NCBI RefSeq assembly: GCF_028368995.1 | Contig: NZ_JAQNDL010000003.1 | Span: forward strand, 608,001-672,000 | Source: Nannocystis bainbridge | Lineage (GTDB): Bacteria > Myxococcota_A > Polyangia > Nannocystales > Nannocystaceae | Direction of reading: 5' to 3' | DNA: 64,000 bases | Part shown: piece after piece, positions 31,968-41,523 of the stretch | How the letters are laid out: the number at the start of each line of letters is the position of its first letter | Position numbering within the stretch: position 1 is the first letter of the stretch | The notes under the pieces: generated by a model | The model's database searches: none | Seen by the model: the letters and a program-made list of their open reading frames with translations, nothing else | What the model was told of the DNA's origin: nothing | Translations under genes and position numbers: made by a program

Positions 31968-32059
31968 GCGACGGAGCGTGCCAAACCCGCCTGCCGCACC
32001 GCAAAAAACCGGCGTACTTCGGCGGGCGCGGCCGACGCACCTGCTACACTCCCTGCATC

Positions 32060-32752
32060 GTGTCGACCTCGCCGTTTGCGAATCTGCCGCGCTTCCGGCC
32101 CGCCAGCTTCTGGTTGTTGGTCGCCGCCACGGCCACCAGCGGGTTCGTCTCCGACCTGCCGCTCGCCGACCGGCTCCTGCTCGGCGCCTCGTTCGTCGCC
32201 GACCCCGCCCCCTGGCAGCCGCTCACCGCGCCGTTCCTGTTCCCCAACGGCCAGCTCGCCGGCCTCATCGGTACGGGCCTGCTGCAGTGGTTCGTCGGCA
32301 GCCGCGTCGAGGCGCGGCTCGGCCCCGCGCGCTACCTCGGCCTCGTCCTCGGCGGGGCCGTCCTCGGCTACCTCGCGCTCGGCCTCGTCGGCCTGGCCGT
32401 GCCCGCCGCCCTCGCGGTCCCGCACGGCGGCACCATCCCGATCGACATCGCCGCCGTGGTCGCGTTCGGCGTGCTGTTCGCCCGCGACCCGCTGGCGCTG
32501 TTCGGCCTCCTGCCGATCACCGCGCGCAGCTTCGCCAGCGTCGCCGTCGCGCTCCTGCTCCTCGGCCCGCTGCTGCGCGGCGGCTGGCCCGACATCGTGC
32601 CCGGCCTGGTCGCCGCCGGCATCGCCCTCGGCGTCACCCGTCGCTGGCAAAAGCAGCCCGCGTCCGGCAAAGTCGGCCCGCGCAAGGCCAGCAAGAGCAA
32701 GCGCCCGCGCCACCTGCGGATCGTCGACGGCCGCGAGCAGTACCTGAATTGA
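32060..32752 (+). CDS. Rhomboid-like / DUF1751-like membrane protein
   Basis: PWQPLTAPF and WFVGSRVEARLG..RYL; multi-TM; no catalytic GxSG visible; C-terminal HLRIV...YLN. Confidence 0.7.
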   Translation: MSTSPFANLPRFRPASFWLLVAATATSGFVSDLPLADRLLLGASFVADPAPWQPLTAPFLFPNGQLAGLIGTGLLQWFVGSRVEARLGPARYLGLVLGGAVLGYLALGLVGLAVPAALAVPHGGTIPIDIAAVVAFGVLFARDPLALFGLLPITARSFASVAVALLLLGPLLRGGWPDIVPGLVAAGIALGVTRRWQKQPASGKVGPRKASKSKRPRHLRIVDGREQYLN

Positions 32753-32771
32753 CGCTCCGCCCCGCGCTCAC

Positions 32772-32826
32772 GGACCTGTCCCCGGCGACCTGTCCCTGAC
32801 GACCTGTCCCGCGCGACCTGTCCCTA
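32772..32826 (+). repeat. 14-bp tandem GACCTGTCCC x4
   Basis: CCTG at 32775, 32789, 32803, 32817. Confidence 0.85.
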
Positions 32827-32835
32827 CAACCATCC

Positions 32836-34272
32836 TTGAATGACGAGCCCGAAGTGACCTTCCGAAGCGACGAGCCGCGCGAAGCGGCGATGACGACCAG
32901 CGTGGCCCGGCCGGCGCCGTCGCGGCCGCTGCGTCGCGTGATGCTGCGGGTCACCGACGGCCCCGACCGCGACGCCCAGGTGCAGACCGCCCGGCCGCGG
33001 CTGACGATCGGCCGCAGCGCGGTCAACGACCTCGTGCTGACCGACAGCTCGATCAGCGGCCTGCACGCCGAGCTGCTGCTCGGGGCCGGCGGCCCGCACG
33101 GCGCGGTGCTGCTGCGCGACCTCGGCAGCACCAACGGCACCCACGTCGGCGGGGTGCGGATCCGCGAGGCGTGGATCGAGCCGGGCGCGACGCTGCACGT
33201 CGGCAAGACCGCGATCGCGTTCCTCGCCGAGGACGAGGTCCAGGTCCCGATCTCGCGCCAGACCCACTTCGGCGCGCTGCTCGGCTCCAGCCCCGGCATG
33301 CGCGAGCTGTTCGCCGTGCTCGAGCGCATCGCCGACACCGACATGAGCGTGCTCGTCGGCGGCGAGACCGGCTCGGGCAAGGAGCTGGTGGCGCGCGCGC
33401 TGCACGACGAGTCGCCGCGGCACAAGGGCCCGTTCGTGGTCCTCGACTGCAGCGCCCTGCCGCGCGAGCTGGCCGAGGCCGCGATCCTCGGCCACCGCAA
33501 GGGCGCCTTCACCAGCGCGCTCGAGAGCCGCGCCGGCGCGTTCGAGGAGGCCCACGGCGGCACCCTCTTCCTCGACGAGATCGGCGAGCTGCCGCTCGAG
33601 CTGCAGCCCAAGCTGCTGCGCGTGCTCGACCGCCGCGAGGTCCAGCGCATCGGCGAGACCCAGGTCCGCAAGGTCGACGTCCGCGTGGTCGCGGCGACCC
33701 ACCGCGACCTCAAGACGATGGTCGGCCAGGGCACCTTCCGCGAGGACCTGTACTTCCGCCTGTCGGTCATGACCGTCGAGCTGCCGCCGCTGCGCGAGCG
33801 CGGCGACGACATCGCCCTGCTGGCCGAGAAGTTCGTCGGCGACTTCACCCGCCCGCGCGGCGGCGGCGTCGTGCTCAGCCCGGCCGCCCGCCGGGCCCTC
33901 GCCGCTCACCCCTGGCCCGGCAACGTCCGCGAGCTCAAGAACACCATCGAGCGCGCGGTCCACTTCGCCAGCGCCGGGGTGATCGAGCCCGCCGACCTGT
34001 TCCTCGGCCGCCCGGGCCGCCCGGTGCCCGCCCCCGCGCCCGTCGCCTCGCTGCCCACCCTCGCCGGCGAGGAGGTGCTGTTCACCCAGCCGTTCAAGGA
34101 GGCCAAGCAGACCCTGCTCGACGCCTTCGAGCGCCGCTACTTCGCCCGCCTGCTCGAGCAGCACGACGGCAACCTCAGCCGCGCCTCCGCCGCCGCCGGC
34201 ATCACCCGCTACTACCTGCGCGAGCTGCTGAAGCGCCTCGGCCTCCACCGCGTGAAGGACGAAGAGCCATGA
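32836..34272 (+). CDS. FHA-domain sigma54-dependent transcriptional activator
   Basis: FHA (IGRS...SGLH...DLGSTNGT), GETGSGKE, GAFTSA, FLDEIGE, WPGNVREL, Fis-type HTH. Confidence 0.95.
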   Translation: MNDEPEVTFRSDEPREAAMTTSVARPAPSRPLRRVMLRVTDGPDRDAQVQTARPRLTIGRSAVNDLVLTDSSISGLHAELLLGAGGPHGAVLLRDLGSTNGTHVGGVRIREAWIEPGATLHVGKTAIAFLAEDEVQVPISRQTHFGALLGSSPGMRELFAVLERIADTDMSVLVGGETGSGKELVARALHDESPRHKGPFVVLDCSALPRELAEAAILGHRKGAFTSALESRAGAFEEAHGGTLFLDEIGELPLELQPKLLRVLDRREVQRIGETQVRKVDVRVVAATHRDLKTMVGQGTFREDLYFRLSVMTVELPPLRERGDDIALLAEKFVGDFTRPRGGGVVLSPAARRALAAHPWPGNVRELKNTIERAVHFASAGVIEPADLFLGRPGRPVPAPAPVASLPTLAGEEVLFTQPFKEAKQTLLDAFERRYFARLLEQHDGNLSRASAAAGITRYYLRELLKRLGLHRVKDEEP

Positions 34273-34934
34273 CCCGAGAGACATGTCTCCAAGGCCATCC
34301 CGAGGCGGCCCGCGCCGCCGCGGGGCCGGCGGATCCTGACATGCCCTGCCCCGAAGGACAGGTCGCTCCGCTCCCGGCGATCGCGCTCCGCCCCTCGACC
34401 TCCGCCGCGACCGCCCTCGAAGCTGTCCTCTCGACCATGTCCTCCGAGACCTGTCCCTCCGGACATCCTCGCTCCCCCATCCCCGCGGTCCTGCGCACCG
34501 CCGCCTTGATCTGCTGGGCCGCGCTGGCGGGCGCCTGCGGCAATCGCAGCGGCGACCCGGTGCGCACGGCCCAGGCCTTCACCGCCGCGGTCCAGCGCGG
34601 CGACATGGACGCCGTCTACGGGCTGATCGAGCGCGCCGCCAGCGAGCAATTGGTCGCCGCCGCCGCCCAGGCCTCCGACCAGGTCGGCGGGCGCCGGCGC
34701 ATCGAGCCGGCCGAGATGCTGCAGATCGTCGACGTCGACCCCAACTTCGAGCTGGCCAGCGCCGAGCTGCTCGGCGACGTCGACCTCGCCGACGCCGAGG
34801 ACGGCACCTTCGCCCAGGTGCGCCTGAACGGCAGCCAGCAAGAGAGCCACACGCTCACGCTCGTGCGCGAAGAAGGCGCCTGGCGTGTACGGATCCCCCT
34901 GCCTCCGCTTAACTCTACCGCCACTACCCCATGA
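34269..34934 (+). CDS. Hypothetical lipoprotein (NTF2/DUF4878-like); start 34269 or 34437
   Basis: LAGAC lipobox; C-terminal LVREEGAWRV; ATGA overlaps at both ends. Confidence 0.65.
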   Translation: MTRETCLQGHPEAARAAAGPADPDMPCPEGQVAPLPAIALRPSTSAATALEAVLSTMSSETCPSGHPRSPIPAVLRTAALICWAALAGACGNRSGDPVRTAQAFTAAVQRGDMDAVYGLIERAASEQLVAAAAQASDQVGGRRRIEPAEMLQIVDVDPNFELASAELLGDVDLADAEDGTFAQVRLNGSQQESHTLTLVREEGAWRVRIPLPPLNSTATTP

Positions 34935-35866
34935 ACTCGTTCGAACCACGCCCCACCGGCCGCCCCGCCGTCGTCGGCTGGCTGCTGCCGTTCTTCTGTG
35001 TCAGCGCCGCCCTGCTCGCCCACTGGCTGCTCAGCGTCCCGCCCGGCCCGTTGCCGCCGCCCGTCGCCAAAGAGGCCCCGCCCAAGCCGAGCCCGGCCCC
35101 TGCTGCCGGCGGCGACGACGACGACGACAAGGACAAGGCCGGCTTCGAACCCTTCACCTCGCCGCGCGCCGACGGCCTGCTCGCGCAGCTGCACGGGGCC
35201 TACGACGCCGTCGGGTTCAAGGCCGAGCCGACCTTCGAGGCCTGGAGCGTGGCCCACCGCCCGCTCATCACCCAGATCATCACCGCCACCCGCCTGCAGG
35301 CGTTCAAGGGCGTCGTGCCTTCCCCCTCGGTGTCGACCTCGAACGTCGAGTGTCACACCATCCGCTGCCGCTTCACGCTGTCGAGCAGCAAGCAGGAGGA
35401 CCTGCAGCTGCTCCTCGACTCGGTCGCCACCCTGCAGCTCGACGGCGCCCCGCTGTGGCACACCTGGAAGCCTGACGAGATCGCCGAGGAGCCGACCAAG
35501 CGCGCCAACGCCAAGCCGCGCATGCGCACGCAGGTGGTCGTGTCGTTCGCCCGCGACCTGCCCAAGCTCGACCAGATCAAGCTGCAGTCGGGCGCGCCGC
35601 TCAAGCCGGCCTCGATCACGCCGGTCAAGGTCCCCGGCGCGACCCCGGGCGCGCCGACCACGAACCCGTTCGGCCCCGCAGGCACGGCCATGGGCCCGCA
35701 CCCGTCCACCTCGATGCCCGGCAGCACGGCTCAGCCCAGCAGCACGGCTCAGCCCAGCACCGCCAAGCCCGGCAGCGCCGCCAAGCCCGGCAGCACCGCC
35801 ACGCCCGGCAGCACCGCCACGCCCGGCAGCACGCCGAGCACCAAGCCGCCTGCGCACGCGCCCTGA
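34931..35866 (+). CDS. Hypothetical membrane-anchored protein with Pro/Ser/Thr repeat tail
   Basis: N-terminal TM; VECHTIRC; PGSTA(T/K) repeats. Confidence 0.75.
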   Translation: MNSFEPRPTGRPAVVGWLLPFFCVSAALLAHWLLSVPPGPLPPPVAKEAPPKPSPAPAAGGDDDDDKDKAGFEPFTSPRADGLLAQLHGAYDAVGFKAEPTFEAWSVAHRPLITQIITATRLQAFKGVVPSPSVSTSNVECHTIRCRFTLSSSKQEDLQLLLDSVATLQLDGAPLWHTWKPDEIAEEPTKRANAKPRMRTQVVVSFARDLPKLDQIKLQSGAPLKPASITPVKVPGATPGAPTTNPFGPAGTAMGPHPSTSMPGSTAQPSSTAQPSTAKPGSAAKPGSTATPGSTATPGSTPSTKPPAHAP

Positions 35867-36150
35867 GCCTCCTCGCAGCTCGTGTCTCGCTCGCAGAGAC
35901 ACCAGCGCCCGCGCACGCGCCCTGAGGCTCCTCGCAGCTCGTGTCTCGCTCGCAGAGACACCAGCGCCCGCGCACGCGCCCTGAGCCTCCTCGCAGCTCG
36001 GTGTCTCGCTCGCGGAGACACCAGACTGCCCGCGCACGCGCCCTGAGGCTCCTCGCAGCTCGGTGTCTCGCTCGCCAAGACACCAGACTGCACGCGCACG
36101 CGCCCTGAGGCTCCTCGCAGCTCGGTGTCTCGCTCGCAGAGACACCAGCG
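35852..36150 (+). repeat. About 60-bp tandem repeat x5 with internal hairpin
   Basis: gcgcacgcgccctgag(g)ctcctcgcagctc(g)GTGTCTC-gctcgca-GAGACACcag. Confidence 0.92.
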
Positions 36151-36398
36151 GACGCGTGCCTGCCACCGCCGTCCTGGCGACCACGGCGATCCAGCGCTTT
36201 CGTGCCCGCGCTGACGCGCACCCGCGGCCCTCATCCGGCAGCGCCGATGATGTTGCGTCCGAATCCTCCGCGAGCATGCGCGGCCGCGACCGCCCCGACA
36301 GCGACGGCGATTTCAGCTTGCTCTCGAGTTCTCGCGTCCACGGCCGCGAGGGCGCGCCCGGCCCGGCGGCCGTCACCCGCGGCTGCTACGCTGCCTGC

Positions 36399-36833
36399 GT
36401 GCCACGCACCGCGCTCGGCCTCCTCCTCTCCCTCGGCAGCCTCGCAGCCTGCGGCCCGGGCGACCGCCTCGAAGGCACGCTGTCGGTCGACAGCGAAGAA
36501 TATGGCGCATGGACCATGTCCCCGACGACATGTGTCTCGGGCGAGCGCCGCCAGTTCTTCGGCGTCGATCTGACCGAGCGCGGCGACAACGGCAGCGGCG
36601 TGCGGATCGTCGACGACCCGGTCGACGGCTACTCGCTGGCGATGAACATCCCCGACCACGACCTCGCGCTCGTCGTCACCGCCGCCAGCAAGTGCGAGGT
36701 GTTCGACGTCCACCTCGAGCGCGGCAACGTCCGCGTCAACAACATCTGGGCCGTCCAGGGCCACGCGATCCTCGAGTGCCGCGCCGACGGGATGGAGATC
36801 GTCGCCGACTTCCAGTTTTCGGGCTGTACCTAA
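36399..36833 (+). CDS. Hypothetical lipoprotein
   Basis: GTG start; LAAC lipobox; beta-rich domain ending FSGCT. Confidence 0.75.
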   Translation: MPRTALGLLLSLGSLAACGPGDRLEGTLSVDSEEYGAWTMSPTTCVSGERRQFFGVDLTERGDNGSGVRIVDDPVDGYSLAMNIPDHDLALVVTAASKCEVFDVHLERGNVRVNNIWAVQGHAILECRADGMEIVADFQFSGCT

Positions 36834-36882
36834 GGACATGCCGTTATCGACATGTCCCCATGGACATGCCCGATCGGGCATG
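36823..36882. repeat. 14-bp-phased CATG array (5 cores)
   Basis: Cores at 36823, 36837, 36851, 36865, 36879. Confidence 0.85.
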
Positions 36883-36899
36883 CCATCTTCGCCAGCCGC

Positions 36900-37529
36900 T
36901 CAGAAGTTCACCCGCAGCCCGAGCCCGAGCCCGCGCGGGAGCGGCAGCGGGGCCACGATGGGGCGGCCGCGCCGGGCCAGACCGACGTCCCGGAGGTCGC
37001 GCAGCGGCACGGCCCAGCGGTTCCACAACATCGAGCCGGCGATCATCGCCGCGAAGGCGGCCGAGGTGGTCGCGGCCGCGGCGATGCCGATCATCGCCTT
37101 GCCCTCGAAGAGCTCGGTGCGGGCCGTCTCGACCCAGAAATAGATCGCCGGCCCGATGGCGGCGATCCCCCAGAACGTCACGCCGATCCCGAGCCCGCGG
37201 CGGACCCTGAACCGGCGCTTGGCGAACTCGAGGAACGTGTCCGTCTCGCCGTCCTCCTCGACATCCTCCTCGTAGGACTCCCAGGCGCCGCTCAGATCCA
37301 TCCCGGTGATTCCCTCGAGATTGCGGTACTCGCGGTACTGCCGGCCCATCCCGGCCGGCTCGGGCACCTCGGTGTCGAGCGGCGTGAAGGGATCGGCGAC
37401 GGCAGCGGTCTCCGGCGCTGGCGCCATCTCCCCCGCAGGCGCGGTCTCCGGCGCTGGCGCGACGTCCTGCGCCCCGGCGATCGGCTGCAATCCGGCGCCC
37501 AACAACCACACCGACACGACGCTCACCAT
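36900..37529 (-). CDS. Hypothetical membrane protein
   Basis: Signal-like N-terminus, two TM segments, C-terminal GLGLGLRVNF. Confidence 0.7.
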   Translation of the reverse strand: MVSVVSVWLLGAGLQPIAGAQDVAPAPETAPAGEMAPAPETAAVADPFTPLDTEVPEPAGMGRQYREYRNLEGITGMDLSGAWESYEEDVEEDGETDTFLEFAKRRFRVRRGLGIGVTFWGIAAIGPAIYFWVETARTELFEGKAMIGIAAAATTSAAFAAMIAGSMLWNRWAVPLRDLRDVGLARRGRPIVAPLPLPRGLGLGLRVNF

Positions 37530-37864
37530 GCCGCCGATCGTATCCCGCCCGCTTCGGGCAAACACGCAGCAACGTGTTTCATCGCCTCCCCGAGCGCGAC
37601 GCACGATCGCCGCACACCGTCGAGCCGTGCTCGAGTGATGCCGCGGAGTACATCGTTCAAGCCGCGACGATCGGCGAGCCGGCTTTCCATGCGCACGCGC
37701 CGCCTTCTCGCGCCGTCTTTGGCGAAGCCGTCCATGCACCGCGAAGGCGACGAGCTTCGCCACAGCCGGCACTCCAGTTCACGAAACCAACCGAAGCGCG
37801 ACGAGCAGCCCGGGCGCACTCGCGTCTGCCGGCATGGAGCGGCCGCGCCGCACAACACTATCTA

Positions 37865-37966
37865 CATGTCTTTTCATACATGCTCTCATGGGCATGTCTG
37901 ATGAACAATGTCCTATGAAACATGTTCTTTTGAACATGCCCGTCCGAGCATGTCGCCTCACCAAGG
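37865..37966. repeat. 14-bp-phased CATG array (7-8 cores)
   Basis: Cores at 37865, 37879, 37893, 37907 (AATG), 37921, 37935, 37949, and possibly 37963. Confidence 0.9.
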
Positions 37967-38157
37967 TCGCATCCCTCGACCATCTTCCGCGCGCGGTCCG
38001 TCGTGTCTTCGCCGACGAGCGCCTCGCCTCGCGTCTCCACCCGCGAGCGCCTCGCCTCGCGTCTCCACCCTCGAGCGCCTCGCGCCCCTCGCTCGCGAAG
38101 CGGCCGGAGGCGACGGTACGTCGCGCTCCGGCCGGCGGTCTCGAGCCTCTGCGCTGA

Positions 38158-38976
38158 TTAGCCGCTGAGCTTCTTCTTCAGCTCTTCGAGCTGGGCGTCG
38201 ACCTCGGCGGCCTTGAGGTCGTCGGCGCTGAGCTCTTCCGCGGGCGGGGCCGACTTCGCGTCGCCGCGGCCGGAGCCGAGCTGGCGCGGGTCTTCGGACT
38301 TGCCGGCGGTGAGGGCCATCTTGCGCTTGAGGGCCTCGAGCTGGTCGTCGACATTACCGGCCTCGAGCGCCTTGAACTGCGACTCCAGGCTGCCTTCCTC
38401 GAGCACGCCGCCGATCTCCGAAGTCGCCTCGGCCTCGGCCTCGAGCTGCGTGACGCGCTCGGACATGCGGCCGAAGGTGTCGAACGACGAGGTCGAGTTG
38501 ATGCTCGACAGCGTCTCGTTGATCGTGCGCTGGGCCTCGGCTCGCTTCTGGCGCGAGACCAGCAGGTTGCGCTTGCGCTTGGCCTCCTCGATCTTCGAGT
38601 CGAGGCCGCGGAGGGCGACCTTGAGCTGCTCGACCGAGTTCTTCTGGGCCTCCCACTGGTCCTTGAGCTGCGAGGCGACCTCGTCGTGGTCGCCCTTGCG
38701 CTGCAGGGCAGCGCGGGCGAGGGTCTCGTCGCCGGCCTTGAGGGCCAGCATCGCCTTCTTCTCCCACTCGGCCGCCTTGGTAGCCTCCTGCTCCCATTGC
38801 TTCTTGATGCGCTTCTCATCGGCGATGGCGATCGCCACCTGCTTCTTGGCCTCGATGAGCTGCTGCTTCATGTCGACCAACACCTGATTGAGCATCTTCT
38901 CCGGGTCTTCGGCCCGGTTGATGAGCTCGTTGATGTTGGAGCGGATGAGGGTGCCGAGGCGTGAAAAAAGTCCCAT
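38158..38976 (-). CDS. pspA: PspA/IM30 family protein
   Basis: MGLFSRLGTLIRSNINELINRAEDPEKML...; coiled coil; FGRMSERV. Confidence 0.93.
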   Translation of the reverse strand: MGLFSRLGTLIRSNINELINRAEDPEKMLNQVLVDMKQQLIEAKKQVAIAIADEKRIKKQWEQEATKAAEWEKKAMLALKAGDETLARAALQRKGDHDEVASQLKDQWEAQKNSVEQLKVALRGLDSKIEEAKRKRNLLVSRQKRAEAQRTINETLSSINSTSSFDTFGRMSERVTQLEAEAEATSEIGGVLEEGSLESQFKALEAGNVDDQLEALKRKMALTAGKSEDPRQLGSGRGDAKSAPPAEELSADDLKAAEVDAQLEELKKKLSG

Positions 38977-38977
38977 C

Positions 38978-39397
38978 TCAGTTGCCCTCCTGGATCTCGA
39001 TGTGGGTCGGGGCGGGGCGCCACGGGCTGAGCTGTTCGAGATGGCCGTCGATGGCCATCGCAATGTCCTCGATCATGGCCTGGAACTCGCTGAAATCGAG
39101 GTCCGCGAGCTGATGCGCGCCCGACAGCAGGATCTGGTCGCCGTCGAGCGCGTAGGCGCAATGCAGCGTGGTGTCGTTGAACTCGAGCAACCGGCGGAAC
39201 AGCCCCGTGTGATCGGGCGTCGCCGCGGTGACCGCGAAGATCGGCGACGAGTAGAGCACGATCGGCTCGTCGATGCGGACCACGATGCGGATGCCCGAGT
39301 GACTCTCAGGCCCGACCACCCAGGTGTCGTCGGAGACCTTCTCGTGGGGCAGCTCCATCCGGAGCATGTACGATTCCAGCGTTTCTGCGTGACTCAT
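38978..39397 (-). CDS. YbjN/CesT-like chaperone-fold protein
   Basis: 139 aa, LFRRLLEFN...AYAL; immediately upstream of pspA. Confidence 0.75.
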   Translation of the reverse strand: MSHAETLESYMLRMELPHEKVSDDTWVVGPESHSGIRIVVRIDEPIVLYSSPIFAVTAATPDHTGLFRRLLEFNDTTLHCAYALDGDQILLSGAHQLADLDFSEFQAMIEDIAMAIDGHLEQLSPWRPAPTHIEIQEGN

Positions 39398-39772
39398 GAG
39401 GGTTCGTTGGGCCGGGGGCGGCGGCAGCGGCCGGAGCGGACGCATCGAGCCAGTGAGACAAGTCTGTGGCCCGCCTGCGGCACCTGAGCCCGGCAGCACG
39501 CCCGAGGTCAGCCACTATACGCGACGGCCCGCGGGGGCGGCAACCCAAACCCCGTCAGGCGCGCCGCTTTGCAGCCGCACGGGCCCGTGGTATCCGAAAG
39601 CGGCCCGCTCGACCGACGAACTCCCTGCCGGGGCCGCGCCGGTTTTACGGTCGCGGGGGCCTGAAACACCCCGACCGGGCTCCACGGAGCGCCTCCTCGT
39701 CATGACAAACCCTGCTCGGCGTCCTCACCCGCCTCGCTCTTTCGCCCCCTGCTGCCGCCGAGGGCCCGGTCG

Positions 39773-40579
39773 ATGAGCGCGCGCGAAGCGGGCGCAGGCG
39801 AGGGCCGCGTGCCGCGGCACGTCGGCATCATCATGGACGGCAACGGCCGCTGGGCGCGGCAAAAGGGCCTGCCGCGCGAGGTCGGCCACGAGCACGGCGC
39901 CGACGCCGTCCGCCGGGTGGTCCGCGCCGCCCGCGAGCTCGGCGTCGAGGCGCTGACGCTGTTCGCGTTCTCGAGCCAAAATTGGGACCGGCCGCCGCAG
40001 GAGGTGTTTCACCTCATGCAGCTGCTCAACCGCTACCTGCTCGAGGAGCGGGCCGAGATCCTCGACAACCAGATCCGGCTGACCACCGTCGGCGACACCG
40101 AGCGCCTGCCGAGCTACGTGCGCGACCCGATGCGCGAGCTCATCGCCGCCTCGGCCGACAACCAGAAGATGACGCTGTGCCTGGCGCTCAGCTACGGCGG
40201 GCGCGAGATGATCACCGACGCCGCCCGGCGCATCGCCCGCGCCGTGCAGGCCGGCAGCCTGCGCCCCGACGAGATCGACCCCAAGACCTTCGCCTCGTAC
40301 CTCGACTCGAGCCGCCATCTGCCGTCGCTCGACCTCTTGATCCGCACCAGCGGCGAGCACCGGATCTCCAACTTCTTCCTGTGGGAGGTCGCTTACGCCG
40401 AGCTGTTCTTCACCGAGGTGCTGTGGCCCGACTTCGCGCGCGAGCACCTGATGGAGGCGCTCGATGACTTCAGTCGCCGCGAGCGCCGCTTCGGGCTGCT
40501 CCCCGGCGAGTCCGACGCCGACGCGCTCGACGAGCCGCCGGCCGTCGGGATCTTCCCCGCGCAACGAGGCAAGGGCTGA
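39773..40579 (+). CDS. uppS: Undecaprenyl/polyprenyl diphosphate synthase
   Basis: PRHVGIIMDGNGRWA, FSSQNW.RP, IRTSGEHRISNF, RERRFG. Confidence 0.97.
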   Translation: MSAREAGAGEGRVPRHVGIIMDGNGRWARQKGLPREVGHEHGADAVRRVVRAARELGVEALTLFAFSSQNWDRPPQEVFHLMQLLNRYLLEERAEILDNQIRLTTVGDTERLPSYVRDPMRELIAASADNQKMTLCLALSYGGREMITDAARRIARAVQAGSLRPDEIDPKTFASYLDSSRHLPSLDLLIRTSGEHRISNFFLWEVAYAELFFTEVLWPDFAREHLMEALDDFSRRERRFGLLPGESDADALDEPPAVGIFPAQRGKG

Positions 40580-40580
40580 C

Positions 40581-41444
40581 GTGGCCGATCTGATCAAGCG
40601 CTTGTGGACGGCGATCGTCCTCGTCCCGATCCTGTTGGTCGCCCTGTTCGTCGACCGCTCGCCGTGGAGCATCCTCGCCATGTCGGTGCTGTTCGGCGGC
40701 TTCGCCCTCGACGAGTACCTGCGCATGGCGCTGCCGCAGCGCTCGCTGTCGGGCCCGGCCGCGCTGGCGGGCCCGGAGTACGGCCTGCGCGCGATCCTGG
40801 GGGCGATCGGCGCCGCCGTGATCGCGCTGCCGATGGTGTTCGGCGCCGGCCGGGTGCTGCCGCCGCTGCTGATGTTCTCGGTGATCGCCGTCGCCCTGGT
40901 GCTGCTGGCGCGCAAGCAGGCGCTCGAGCAGGCCGGCCGGCACATGTCGGTGTGCCTCGCGGGGCTGCTCTACGTGCCGCTGCTCGCCTCGCTGTGGCCG
41001 CAGATCAAGCACGTGTTCGGGCCCGGCTGGCTGTTCGTCACCCTGGCGATCGCGTTCATGTCCGACACCGGGGCGTACGCCTTCGGCCGCCTGTGGGGCA
41101 AGCACAAGCTCTACCCGGCGGTCAGCCCCGGCAAGACGTGGGAGGGCTCGCTCGGCGGCCTCGTCGGCGCCAACGTGGCCACGGTGGGCTTCGGCTCGGC
41201 GTTCCTGCTGCCCGAACTCGGGGTCGGCCACGCGATCGTGCTCGGCGTCCTCGGCTCGCTCGCCGGCCAGGTCGGCGACCTGTTCGAGTCGATGCTCAAG
41301 CGCAGCCACGGCGTCAAGGACTCCGGCAACCTGCTGCCCGGCCACGGCGGCATGCTCGACCGCGTCGACGCGCTGCTGTTCGTCGGCCCGGTCGTCTACT
41401 ACTTCGCCGCCAACGTGGTGTTCGCCGGCGGCCTCCGCGGATGA
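40581..41444 (+). CDS. cdsA: Phosphatidate cytidylyltransferase
   Basis: SDTGAY, SPGKTWEG, GDLFESMLKR..GVKDSG..LPGHGGMLDRVD. Confidence 0.97.
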   Translation: MADLIKRLWTAIVLVPILLVALFVDRSPWSILAMSVLFGGFALDEYLRMALPQRSLSGPAALAGPEYGLRAILGAIGAAVIALPMVFGAGRVLPPLLMFSVIAVALVLLARKQALEQAGRHMSVCLAGLLYVPLLASLWPQIKHVFGPGWLFVTLAIAFMSDTGAYAFGRLWGKHKLYPAVSPGKTWEGSLGGLVGANVATVGFGSAFLLPELGVGHAIVLGVLGSLAGQVGDLFESMLKRSHGVKDSGNLLPGHGGMLDRVDALLFVGPVVYYFAANVVFAGGLRG

Positions 41445-41513
41445 ACGAAAGGGCATGTCCCTTCGGACATGCCCTTCGTGACACTGACCAAGGGCCATGT
41501 CCGCGAGGACATG
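41440..41513. repeat. 14-bp-phased CATG array
   Basis: Cores at 41454, 41468, (41482), 41496, 41510. Confidence 0.8.
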
Positions 41514-41523
41514 GCCCTTCGCG

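Noticed and set aside
35852-36150. CRISPR array or coding ORFs across the 60-bp repeat
   Set aside because: Whole units are duplicated with no unique spacers; the ORFs through it are repeat-derived
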